64,000 nt of DNA from an uncultured Christensenella sp. (GTDB taxonomy: Bacteria > Bacillota > Clostridia > Christensenellales > UBA3700): positions 93,366 to 157,365 of the forward strand of contig CAJTYW010000001.1 in assembly GCA_910583995.1 (NCBI GenBank). Reading direction: 5' to 3'. The position numbers and the translations under genes were made by a program. The number at the start of each line of letters is the position of its first letter. Positions within the stretch are counted from its first letter, which is position 1. Shown here in pieces: positions 51,223-57,934 of the stretch. The notes beneath the pieces were generated by a model that had not been told where the DNA came from, searched no databases, and was given only the letters and a program-made list of their open reading frames with translations.

Positions 51223-51546
51223 GAGTTGACCAGATAATCGCATTTAATATGAGGAAAGTCCGAGCATCACAGAGCAGGACGCTGGCTAATTACCAGTGAA
51301 GGCGACTTCAAGGAAAGTGCAACAGAAATATACCGCATTATTTATAATGTAAGGGTGGAAAGGCGTAGGTAAAAGCTCACCACACCTAAGGTGACTTGGG
51401 TGGTTATGTAAACCCCGTCCGATGCAAGAGACAATGACATTTACGGTTGCTCGCCGGTCAGACAATCGCTTGAGATTATTGGCAACAATAATCCTAGACA
51501 GATGATTATCAAATACAGAACTCGGCTTATAGGTCAATCTCACCAT
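51223..51546 (+). ncRNA. rnpB: RNase P RNA, bacterial type A
   Basis: GUUGACCAGAUAAUCGC...GAGGAAAGUCCG...AGUGCAACAGA...GUAAGGGUGGAAAGG...GUAAACCCC...CUAGACAGAUGAUUAUC...ACAGAACUCGGCUUAUAGGUCAAUCUCACC, collinear with the E. coli M1 RNA conserved blocks. P1 pairing gagttgacc / ggtcaatctc. Confidence 0.95.
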
Positions 51547-51547
51547 T

Positions 51548-51580
51548 AAAAAAACGGCTAATAATTTAGCCGTTTTTTTT
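51548..51580 (+). terminator. Intrinsic terminator after rnpB
   Basis: acggcta/tagccgt stem, loop ataatt, 8-T run. Confidence 0.75.
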
Positions 51581-51626
51581 GTTTATATATTGTATAAATT
51601 TCTTAAAATTAAAGATTTAATAGTAT

Positions 51627-51709
51627 AAACTATGTGTCGATAAATTTGAGTTTTCTCAAATTTATACAAAAGCTAAACTTTTTCTTGATAAATCAAGTCG
51701 ACACAGTTT
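51627..51709. repeat. Nested inverted repeats (three-way-junction-like element)
   Basis: Outer arms aaac(ta)tgtgtcga / tcgacacagttt enclose a perfect 11-bp hairpin (51640-51665) and a short hairpin cttgat/atcaag (51684-51697). Confidence 0.5.
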
Positions 51710-51714
51710 GAAAA

Positions 51715-51767
51715 ATCGTAAGTTACTGCAAAATGTGGCTTCGCCCCGCTTTGCGATAACTTTCGAT
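51715..51767 (-). terminator. Long imperfect hairpin followed by T5 on the minus strand (possible distal terminator of the DUF6485-like gene)
   Basis: 18-nt arms atcgtaagttactgcaaa / tttgcgataactttcgat (15 of 18 paired), GC-rich 17-nt loop. The minus strand continues with TTTTT. Confidence 0.4.
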
Positions 51768-51946
51768 ATTATAAATACTGATTAAATTTTTTACATCACT
51801 CACCTGCTAAATTTTGCAAATTACTATAAAAATAGCCTTAAAATAGAGTAATTTTCAATAAAAAATTATAAATTAAGTGATTTTTTATAATAATTTGCCT
51901 TTTTTTATAAAATCAACTACTTAGTGTGAAAGCTCAAAATTTCAAA

Positions 51947-52171
51947 TTATATTTGATTATTTTTATTGTAAAATTCAACAAATGATTTAATTGTAAATTC
52001 TTTTACTTCACCAACATCATTGTTTATTACTTTAAAAAAGCAAGTTGGCATTTCACCTTTTTTTAAATTTTTTGCAATACACAAATCGCACCCTTTGTTA
52101 TGATTACTTGGGTGCAATGGACAAGTCACATCATCACAAGTGCAAAAATGTTTTTTATCTTTTGTATTCAT
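51947..52171 (-). CDS. Small Cys-rich cytoplasmic protein (DUF6485-like pattern)
   Basis: C-x-C-x5-C-P-x-H...GC-x2-C-I-x-KN...P-x-CFF pattern. AGGAGAG RBS. 74 aa. Confidence 0.55.
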   Translation of the reverse strand: MNTKDKKHFCTCDDVTCPLHPSNHNKGCDLCIAKNLKKGEMPTCFFKVINNDVGEVKEFTIKSFVEFYNKNNQI

Positions 52172-52198
52172 TACTCTCTCCTAAATTTTATTTATTAA

Positions 52199-52227
52199 AT
52201 TATACTACAATATTTTTTGTAAATCAA
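52199..52227 (-). promoter_or_regulatory. SigmaA-type promoter of the DUF6485-like gene
   Basis: Minus strand: TTGATT, 17 nt spacer, TATAAT. Confidence 0.5.
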
Positions 52228-52281
52228 TCCCCTACTTATTTAAAATTGAAAACGTTATTATTTTGATACTATAAATTTTAT

Positions 52282-52310
52282 TTGACTTTTAAATTAAATT
52301 ATTGTACAAT
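52282..52310 (+). promoter_or_regulatory. SigmaA-type promoter of the tRNA-Arg transcription unit
   Basis: TTGACT, 17 nt spacer, TACAAT. About 130 nt upstream of the mature tRNA 5' end. Confidence 0.5.
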
Positions 52311-52328
52311 TACATAGTAAATTATAAA

Positions 52329-52358
52329 TTTATACTTGGATTATTAGTTAAATGGATA
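52329..52358 (+). repeat. 30-bp direct repeat, copy 1 (tRNA-Arg 5' flank plus acceptor/D-arm)
   Basis: tttatacttggattattagttaaatggata is identical to 52435-52464. Confidence 0.9.
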
Positions 52359-52434
52359 AGTCGTTAAAAACGACGGCTGCGCCAACAAGCCAGTGCTTGT
52401 CATATCCATTTTAACTTGCAATATTTATTTTTTG

Positions 52435-52464
52435 TTTATACTTGGATTATTAGTTAAATGGATA
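52435..52464 (+). repeat. 30-bp direct repeat, copy 2 (overlaps the genuine tRNA-Arg 5' half)
   Basis: Identical to 52329-52358. Confidence 0.9.
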
Positions 52465-52518
52465 TAACAAGCCCCTCCTAAGGGCTAGTTACAGGTTCGA
52501 TTCCTGTATAGTCCACCA
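52444..52518 (+). tRNA. tRNA-Arg (anticodon CCU), CCA encoded
   Basis: Manual cloverleaf. Acceptor ggattat/atagtcc (one G-U), D stem gtta/taac, anticodon stem agccc/gggct with loop CUCCUAA, T arm acagg-ttcgatt-cctgt, discriminator A, CCA. Confidence 0.9.
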
Positions 52519-52523
52519 TTAGT

Positions 52524-52571
52524 AAATAATACGAACCATAATGAAAATTATTGGTTCGTATTATTTATTTT
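52524..52571. terminator. Strong terminator hairpin after tRNA-Arg
   Basis: 15-bp stem aaataatacgaacca/tggttcgtattattt, 13-nt loop, then ATTTT. Confidence 0.7.
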
Positions 52572-52667
52572 GTTTAATGAGAAAAATTTTGAGTTACATT
52601 TTTGTATGGTGTGAAACGAAGTTGTTTTGTATTTTTACTTATTATACAAATTTGTTTTTAATATTAA

Positions 52668-53030
52668 TTAACTATCATAATCATAAGGTGTTTTGTTTAA
52701 TTTTTCGCCAAGTAAATTTATAATATAGCCATTTTCTACTTTACAAAACCACTTTGGATTTTGCTTTGGCAAGTTTTTTAATATATATTCATCTGTACAA
52801 TCACTTTCTTTTACAACTTGTAAATCTTTAATTTCAATTACACACACAATATCTGCTTTTATCTTATCCCAGTTGTCAGCAGTAACTGGTGTTTTGTCAT
52901 AAAACAAAACATTAAAGCATCTACCTCGTATTTCTGCATCAAAAATTATTCCTGTCATTCCTTTAAAAACTTTTTGTTCTTCATATTCTTGTTTTGACAC
53001 TAAAACTTTAACCTCGTCAAAATATTTCAA
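52668..53030 (-). CDS. 120-aa hypothetical protein, N-terminal DUF4926-like small beta domain (candidate immunity/antitoxin)
   Basis: TTG start with GGGAGA RBS, overlapping the upstream stop (TTGA). N-terminal ~70 aa fits the D-x-V-x-V...kG-x-x-G-x-I...V-x-F pattern of DUF4926-type proteins, recalled from memory. Confidence 0.5.
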   Translation of the reverse strand: MKYFDEVKVLVSKQEYEEQKVFKGMTGIIFDAEIRGRCFNVLFYDKTPVTADNWDKIKADIVCVIEIKDLQVVKESDCTDEYILKNLPKQNPKWFCKVENGYIINLLGEKLNKTPYDYDS

Positions 53031-53638
53031 TTTTCACGTCTCCCTAAAAGAGTATTATTTTTTAATTTTCCATTTGAAAATACTATCCAACCAGTCCTAG
53101 TTAAAAATGTTCTACCTAAATATTCGCCTTTACCATCAAATTCAATTACAATATTGATAGCAACACCAAATTTATTATGGCTTATGATATAGTATTCACC
53201 ATCACAATATTTTTTAATTACTTTTTGTTTATAGCTAGTTAAAAATTCTTCATTAGATTTTAAACCTAACATATTTATCCATTGTGATTTGTTGTTAAAA
53301 GTCCAAGTTATTTTGCCTTCTGGAATAATTAATTGAATATCTGATGTCTTTGGTTTAAGGATATCAATTTCTTCACAATGACAATTATAGTGATACATCC
53401 CGATTTTGTTGCGTTTATTCTTAGTGTAATCTTCAATATCTAGTGTCATAATGTCTGGGCGTTTATCTTTAGCATAAGCAAACCAACATTGATTTGATGC
53501 TATACATTTTATACAATGTTTGTTAGTTATTGGACCATTAATTCCTTGCTCAAAATCAAAATCATCAATAACAACATTGTTTTTTTTATCAATTATTTTA
53601 ATCCAAAAATTTGACATGCCTATTAACATACTACTCAT
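53027..53638 (-). CDS. 203-aa hypothetical protein with MuF/SPP1-gp7-like zinc knuckle and an unassigned C-terminal domain (candidate toxin)
   Basis: C42-x2-C45 and H83-x-N-C86-x-C88 resemble the end of phage Mu F-like head-morphogenesis domains. The C-terminal ~110 aa has no motif I recognise. Confidence 0.5.
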   Translation of the reverse strand: MSSMLIGMSNFWIKIIDKKNNVVIDDFDFEQGINGPITNKHCIKCIASNQCWFAYAKDKRPDIMTLDIEDYTKNKRNKIGMYHYNCHCEEIDILKPKTSDIQLIIPEGKITWTFNNKSQWINMLGLKSNEEFLTSYKQKVIKKYCDGEYYIISHNKFGVAINIVIEFDGKGEYLGRTFLTRTGWIVFSNGKLKNNTLLGRREN

Positions 53639-53706
53639 CTCTTAAAACTTATATCAAATTAATATTAATACAAAAATAAATTTTTCAAGAGATTTATGAC
53701 ATTTTT

Positions 53707-53735
53707 TTGAATATTAATTGTTATGATAATATAAT
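53707..53735 (+). promoter_or_regulatory. Consensus sigmaA promoter with no downstream ORF
   Basis: TTGAAT, 17 nt spacer, TATAAT. Confidence 0.5.
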
Positions 53736-53822
53736 AGCAAAATTATTCAAATTGTTCAAGCAAATTAAAAATGTTTGATTAAAAATTCGATTTAGATTAC
53801 AATTATTCCACCATTTTAATAC

Positions 53823-53854
53823 GTACCTTTAATTAAGGTGCTATTTTTGTTTTT
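53823..53854 (+). terminator. Orphan intrinsic terminator
   Basis: gtacctt/aaggtgc stem (one G-U), 5-nt loop, TATTTTTGTTTTT. Confidence 0.45.
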
Positions 53855-53948
53855 ACTTCAGTTATAATAATCATTATTATAGAAAAATTAATTTTTTATC
53901 ATAACAAACTATTTAAATAATTCAACTGAAATAAATACATTATTATTA

Positions 53949-53977
53949 TTGAAAATAGCAATTGTTTGTGGTATAAT
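53949..53977 (+). promoter_or_regulatory. SigmaA-type promoter of the PNPOx-like gene
   Basis: TTGAAA, 17 nt spacer, TGgTATAAT. Confidence 0.55.
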
Positions 53978-54016
53978 ATATTTGTTAAGAAACAACAATT
54001 AATTGGAGTATTTATA

Positions 54017-54430
54017 ATGGATAAAACACAGATTTTTAAATTTATATCAAAACAAAAAACAGCATTTATCGCATCTATTAATGAGCAAGGCTATCCGGTT
54101 ATAAGAGCCTTGCTTGCTCCGCGCAAAATTGATGGAAATGAAATCTATTTTTCTACAAATACTACATCAAATAAAGTAAAACAATTTTTATCGAATGAAA
54201 ATGCTTGCGTATATTTTTATAAGCGTGGCAAAATCAAATATCAAGGTGTTACAATTACAGGAAAAATGCAAGTTTGCACTGACCAAGCGACAAAAGACGA
54301 GATTTGGCATTTTGGAGATAAGTTTATCTATAAACAAGGCGTAACCGACCCTGATTATTGTGTGTTAAAATTTAAGGGCGAAAAAGCGGAATATTATTGT
54401 GATTTAAAAATTGAGACATTAGAATTATAA
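54017..54430 (+). CDS. Pyridoxamine 5'-phosphate oxidase-family (FMN-binding split barrel) protein
   Basis: Pattern ...AFIASINEQGYPVIRAL...IYFSTNTTSNKVKQ...CVYFY... typical of general-stress-26/PNPOx-like proteins. ATG 54017 follows a GGAG RBS. The track start 53966 lies inside the promoter. Confidence 0.7.
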   Translation: MDKTQIFKFISKQKTAFIASINEQGYPVIRALLAPRKIDGNEIYFSTNTTSNKVKQFLSNENACVYFYKRGKIKYQGVTITGKMQVCTDQATKDEIWHFGDKFIYKQGVTDPDYCVLKFKGEKAEYYCDLKIETLEL

Positions 54431-54559
54431 TTATAAAATACAAATTTTTTGTTTTAGGTATTTCTCTTCACTTACCTTTTGGCGTAAAAAATATAATTAA
54501 TTAAGTATAAAAATTAAAATAAAATAATTAATAAAATTATCGGTAAAATTGGAGATAGT

Positions 54560-54970
54560 ATGTACGAATTTATTAATTTAAATGAACATAGTGAGTATGT
54601 AAAATTGCTTGATATTATTGCAAAAAAGACAAAATATATTGAATATGTTATAATTGATAGTGATGATACAAAATTGTTAGATTGTTTTGAAGAAGATATT
54701 ATGTTTAGAAAAAATACAAATAAATGGTGGGGAACAAAAATAAGTCAAAGTAGCACTCTTTATAAAATAAAAGCATCAAGCAAATTATTTACTTTTCTTA
54801 AGAAATTTGAAACCTTTTGTATTCAGATAACAAATAATTTTGGTGATTGCGTGCAATTTACCGATTTTGGCATTAATGATATAGCCTTTTTTGACGATAA
54901 AACCGAGCCAATACTATTTACAACTACTCACGAAGGTAATATATTATTAAGAGAAGATATTAAATTTTAA
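54560..54970 (+). CDS. Hypothetical protein (136 aa)
   Basis: ORF with GGAGA RBS. No recognisable motif. Confidence 0.5.
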   Translation: MYEFINLNEHSEYVKLLDIIAKKTKYIEYVIIDSDDTKLLDCFEEDIMFRKNTNKWWGTKISQSSTLYKIKASSKLFTFLKKFETFCIQITNNFGDCVQFTDFGINDIAFFDDKTEPILFTTTHEGNILLREDIKF

Positions 54971-55155
54971 AATAACTGCGGTAAATAGCAAATTGTTTTA
55001 ATAATAGCAATATAATAAGTTATATAATACTAAACTTAAGGTACGAATGCTTTTTTATTTCGTGCCTTTTGCGTTTTAAATGGGCTTGACAACACAATTA
55101 AATAATGGTACTATAAAATTAATATTAAAATTGTAATTGCTTTAAGGAGAAACTT

Positions 55156-55620
55156 ATGAAAAAATATATAAAATACGCATTAGTATTTTTAGCTTTAGGG
55201 TTAGCTTTTGGTGTTTTTTATCGTGAATTTTCTAAAGCTTACGGAATTGTAAATACTTATGCTACTCTTGGTCTTGTACACGTTCATTTTCTTGTTTTAG
55301 GTGTTGTATTTACCTTGATAATAGGTTTAATCAAAGATAAATTGGACACTTGTCACGAAAAATTGTTTAAATGTGCTTTCCCACTTTATGCTGTTGGTGT
55401 ACTTGGTGCGGGACTTATGATGGCAGTACGTGGTATACTTGATATTTTGCTTAGGTCAGAAAAAATACAATTTGCGGTATCAGCAGGTGCAAATGGTGCA
55501 ATTGCAGGAATTTCAGGTATATTTCACGCAATTTTAGGTGTTGGTATTGTGCTTATTTTTGTATCTTGGCTTTTGAATAAATCTACTATAATTAATAATT
55601 GTAAAAATAACAAAGATTAA
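55156..55620 (+). CDS. DUF2871-type small membrane protein
   Basis: LALGLAFGVFYREF...LGLVHVHFLVLGVVF pattern and four or five TM helices. AAGGAGA RBS. Confidence 0.65.
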   Translation: MKKYIKYALVFLALGLAFGVFYREFSKAYGIVNTYATLGLVHVHFLVLGVVFTLIIGLIKDKLDTCHEKLFKCAFPLYAVGVLGAGLMMAVRGILDILLRSEKIQFAVSAGANGAIAGISGIFHAILGVGIVLIFVSWLLNKSTIINNCKNNKD

Positions 55621-55649
55621 CTTACAGCATTTTTGAATAAGGATTTTTT

Positions 55650-56210
55650 ATGAATAAAATTTATGAAAATTTATGGGAAGATTCCCTTGAAAAATTAAAA
55701 ATAGGTAATAAAAAATATTGTAATGGCACAAGTATTGGCAATGTATCGGAGAATATACGAAAGGAAACATTTGAAAATGGTCAATTCCCTTTTGCGGTTG
55801 TTATTTCCTGCTCTGATTCGCGCGTAATACCTGAGAGTATTTTTTCTGCAAGCATTGGCGATTTGTTTATTATTCGTGTTGTGGGAAATGTTGTGGATTC
55901 TACTGTTACCGCAAGTATGGAGTATGCTATAGGACATTTAAATGTGCCACTTGTGCTTGTTTTAGGTCACACTGCTTGCGGTGCAATTACCGCAGCAATA
56001 AATGGTAACGCTACTGGCAGAATAAAGGAAACAATTGACAAAATTAGTAGCGTAATAGGCGATGAAAAAGACGATTATAAAGCAAGTGTAATCAATGTTA
56101 ATGCAAATGTTAAAGCCGTACAAAATGCAATAGCAAATGATTATCCGCAAGTAAAAGTCATAGGTGCTATATATCTTGCAGATTCAGGCATAGTTGAATT
56201 TATAGATTAG
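55650..56210 (+). CDS. Beta-class carbonic anhydrase
   Basis: CSDSR and HTACGA zinc-ligand motifs with canonical spacing. Confidence 0.85.
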   Translation: MNKIYENLWEDSLEKLKIGNKKYCNGTSIGNVSENIRKETFENGQFPFAVVISCSDSRVIPESIFSASIGDLFIIRVVGNVVDSTVTASMEYAIGHLNVPLVLVLGHTACGAITAAINGNATGRIKETIDKISSVIGDEKDDYKASVINVNANVKAVQNAIANDYPQVKVIGAIYLADSGIVEFID

Positions 56211-56285
56211 TTAAATTTAACTTATTTATAGCTAATTTATTTAGCTTATAACAATCAATTATTAATAAAAGGATACAATTGCAAT

Positions 56286-56321
56286 AAAAAACCAACAAGA
56301 AATGCTCTTGTTGGTTTTTTT
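56286..56321. terminator. Bidirectional terminator between convergent genes
   Basis: aaccaacaaga/tcttgttggtt stem, loop aatgc, A-run and T-run flanks. Confidence 0.75.
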
Positions 56322-56323
56322 GT

Positions 56324-56734
56324 TTAAATTATACCTGTGCCTTTGCTTAAAGCTGAGTTGATTTTTTGAATTTCGCCTTGCAAATATATAATACGCTGTT
56401 TTATTGACTTACGGTTATTTAGATTAATAAGTATTTTTATTATAGCTGCAATAGTAAATGCAAAGCCAATAGCGAAAGTTGGACCAGTTTTAATTATTAA
56501 TATAATCGCTAAAATAGTAATAAGAATACCTAGTATTGACCATAATATGGTGGAAGAAGTATTTTTCCTAAACTTATTGTTCTGCATATTAAGTTCTATT
56601 TCATACTCTTCTTTTTTGCATACGGGACAAATTCCACTATGCCCTGTATATGATGAGCAATCTGCACACATTGCTTTTCCGCATTTTTTGCAAACTGAAA
56701 TTGCTTCTTTTGACGGGTGCATAAAACATTTCAT
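56324..56734 (-). CDS. Zinc-ribbon (B-box-like) membrane protein
   Basis: C-x-x-H...C-x2-C...C-x2-C...C-P-x-C N-terminal module, two TM helices, C-terminal coiled segment. ATG 56734 has an AGAGGT RBS. Confidence 0.6.
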   Translation of the reverse strand: MKCFMHPSKEAISVCKKCGKAMCADCSSYTGHSGICPVCKKEEYEIELNMQNNKFRKNTSSTILWSILGILITILAIILIIKTGPTFAIGFAFTIAAIIKILINLNNRKSIKQRIIYLQGEIQKINSALSKGTGII

Positions 56735-56868
56735 AATTTTACCTCTTGTAAATAGGATTATATATAACCTTATTATAGCATACATAGGATTATCTGTCAA
56801 CCAAAAGTATGATATATAATCCTAACTTTTTGTAATTGGTAAGGTACAATAAAATAAAAAGGGATAAA

Positions 56869-57114
56869 ATGAAAAAGATTGCCGATGTTGTTGTAGACAG
56901 ATTATTTAAATATATGAATGAGCAAAATTTAACGCAATATAAGCTTGCTCAATTAAGTGGCGTCCCTTTTCCTACAATCAAAAGCATAATGCAACGCAGG
57001 ACAAAAGATATAACTTTAAAAACAATTATAATGCTATCTGATGGATTAGGTATTACGCCAAGCGAATTTTTAAATAATGACGATTTTTTGGCTATCAATA
57101 TTGAATTAAACTAA
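56869..57114 (+). CDS. XRE-family helix-turn-helix transcriptional regulator
   Basis: LTQYKLAQLSGVPFPTIKSIMQRR...TLKTIIMLSDGLGITPSEFL HTH_3 pattern. Divergent from the zinc-ribbon gene. Confidence 0.75.
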   Translation: MKKIADVVVDRLFKYMNEQNLTQYKLAQLSGVPFPTIKSIMQRRTKDITLKTIIMLSDGLGITPSEFLNNDDFLAINIELN

Positions 57115-57139
57115 TTTTTAACAAGAATAATAAATCTAG

Positions 57140-57170
57140 TCGACATTTTTTTATAAAATGTCGAATTTTT
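57140..57170 (+). terminator. Intrinsic terminator after the XRE gene
   Basis: 10-bp stem tcgacatttt/aaaatgtcga, loop tttat, then ATTTTT. Confidence 0.65.
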
Positions 57171-57252
57171 ATAAATAAAATATCAAATTTAAATAAATTA
57201 TTCAAAAAAATTTATTTATGTGATATAATGAAATTGTAAATTTAATTAAATT

Positions 57253-57777
57253 ATGGGGTTGATTATGGAATTTAAATACAACAGAATTTTAATTGTTGGT
57301 TGTGGCGGTGCTGGAAAAAGCACTCTTGCTCGTGAAATGGGCGATAAATTTAATATTCCTGCTATACACCTTGATAAATTGCATTGGCTACCTAACTGGA
57401 TTGAAAGACCTGATTCAGAATTTTATACATTGCTTGAAAAAGAACTGGAAAAACCTAGATGGATTATTGACGGCAATTACACTAGGACATTTGAATGGCG
57501 TTTGCAATATGCAGATTTATGTATATTCCTTGACTACCCGATTGATTTGTGCTTAACAAGCATAGATTGTAGAGTGAAAATGTATAGTGGCAAAAGTAGA
57601 CCAGATATGACGGAAGGCTGCATTGAGCGTGCTGACGATGAATTTGTTGAATGGATAAATAGTTACAGCAAAAATGTAAGACCTAAATTTTTAGAAATTT
57701 TAAACAAATATTCAGTCCCTTATTTGATTTTTACTTCAAGAAATCAAACTGCAGAATGGCTAAACCAATTTAATTAA
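57253..57777 (+). CDS. P-loop NTPase, adenylate-kinase-like / topology modulation (FlaR-like) protein
   Basis: ILIVGCGGAGKSTLAREM Walker A, WIIDGNY. ~170 aa, typical of this family. Start may be ATG 57253 or 57265. Confidence 0.7.
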   Translation: MGLIMEFKYNRILIVGCGGAGKSTLAREMGDKFNIPAIHLDKLHWLPNWIERPDSEFYTLLEKELEKPRWIIDGNYTRTFEWRLQYADLCIFLDYPIDLCLTSIDCRVKMYSGKSRPDMTEGCIERADDEFVEWINSYSKNVRPKFLEILNKYSVPYLIFTSRNQTAEWLNQFN

Positions 57778-57876
57778 AAAGTATAATTTACCACAATTAT
57801 TGCTTTAAAATAATAATTATAGCTGCTTTAGACTTTTGTATATTTTGCAGAAAATTTACAAAAAAAAAAGAAACTA

Positions 57877-57905
57877 TTGACAAACCGCTTTTTATATGAT
57901 ATAAT
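57877..57905 (+). promoter_or_regulatory. Consensus sigmaA promoter of the M48 peptidase gene
   Basis: TTGACA, 17 nt spacer, TGaTATAAT. Confidence 0.6.
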
Positions 57906-57934
57906 CTTTACATAACATAAGAAGGAGTTAAAAA

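Noticed and set aside
51286-51546. 86-aa minus-strand ORF.
   Set aside because: Completely overlaps the RNase P RNA gene, whose conserved blocks explain the sequence. No RBS.
52344-52420. First copy of the tRNA-like sequence as a second functional tRNA or an intron-containing tRNA.
   Set aside because: There is no anticodon arm of proper geometry, no T-arm (GTTCGAnnC) and no 3' acceptor strand or CCA. Only the 5' 21 nt match a tRNA.
52541-52723. 60-aa plus-strand ORF after tRNA-Arg.
   Set aside because: Begins inside the tRNA terminator hairpin and runs into the convergent 120-aa gene. No RBS.
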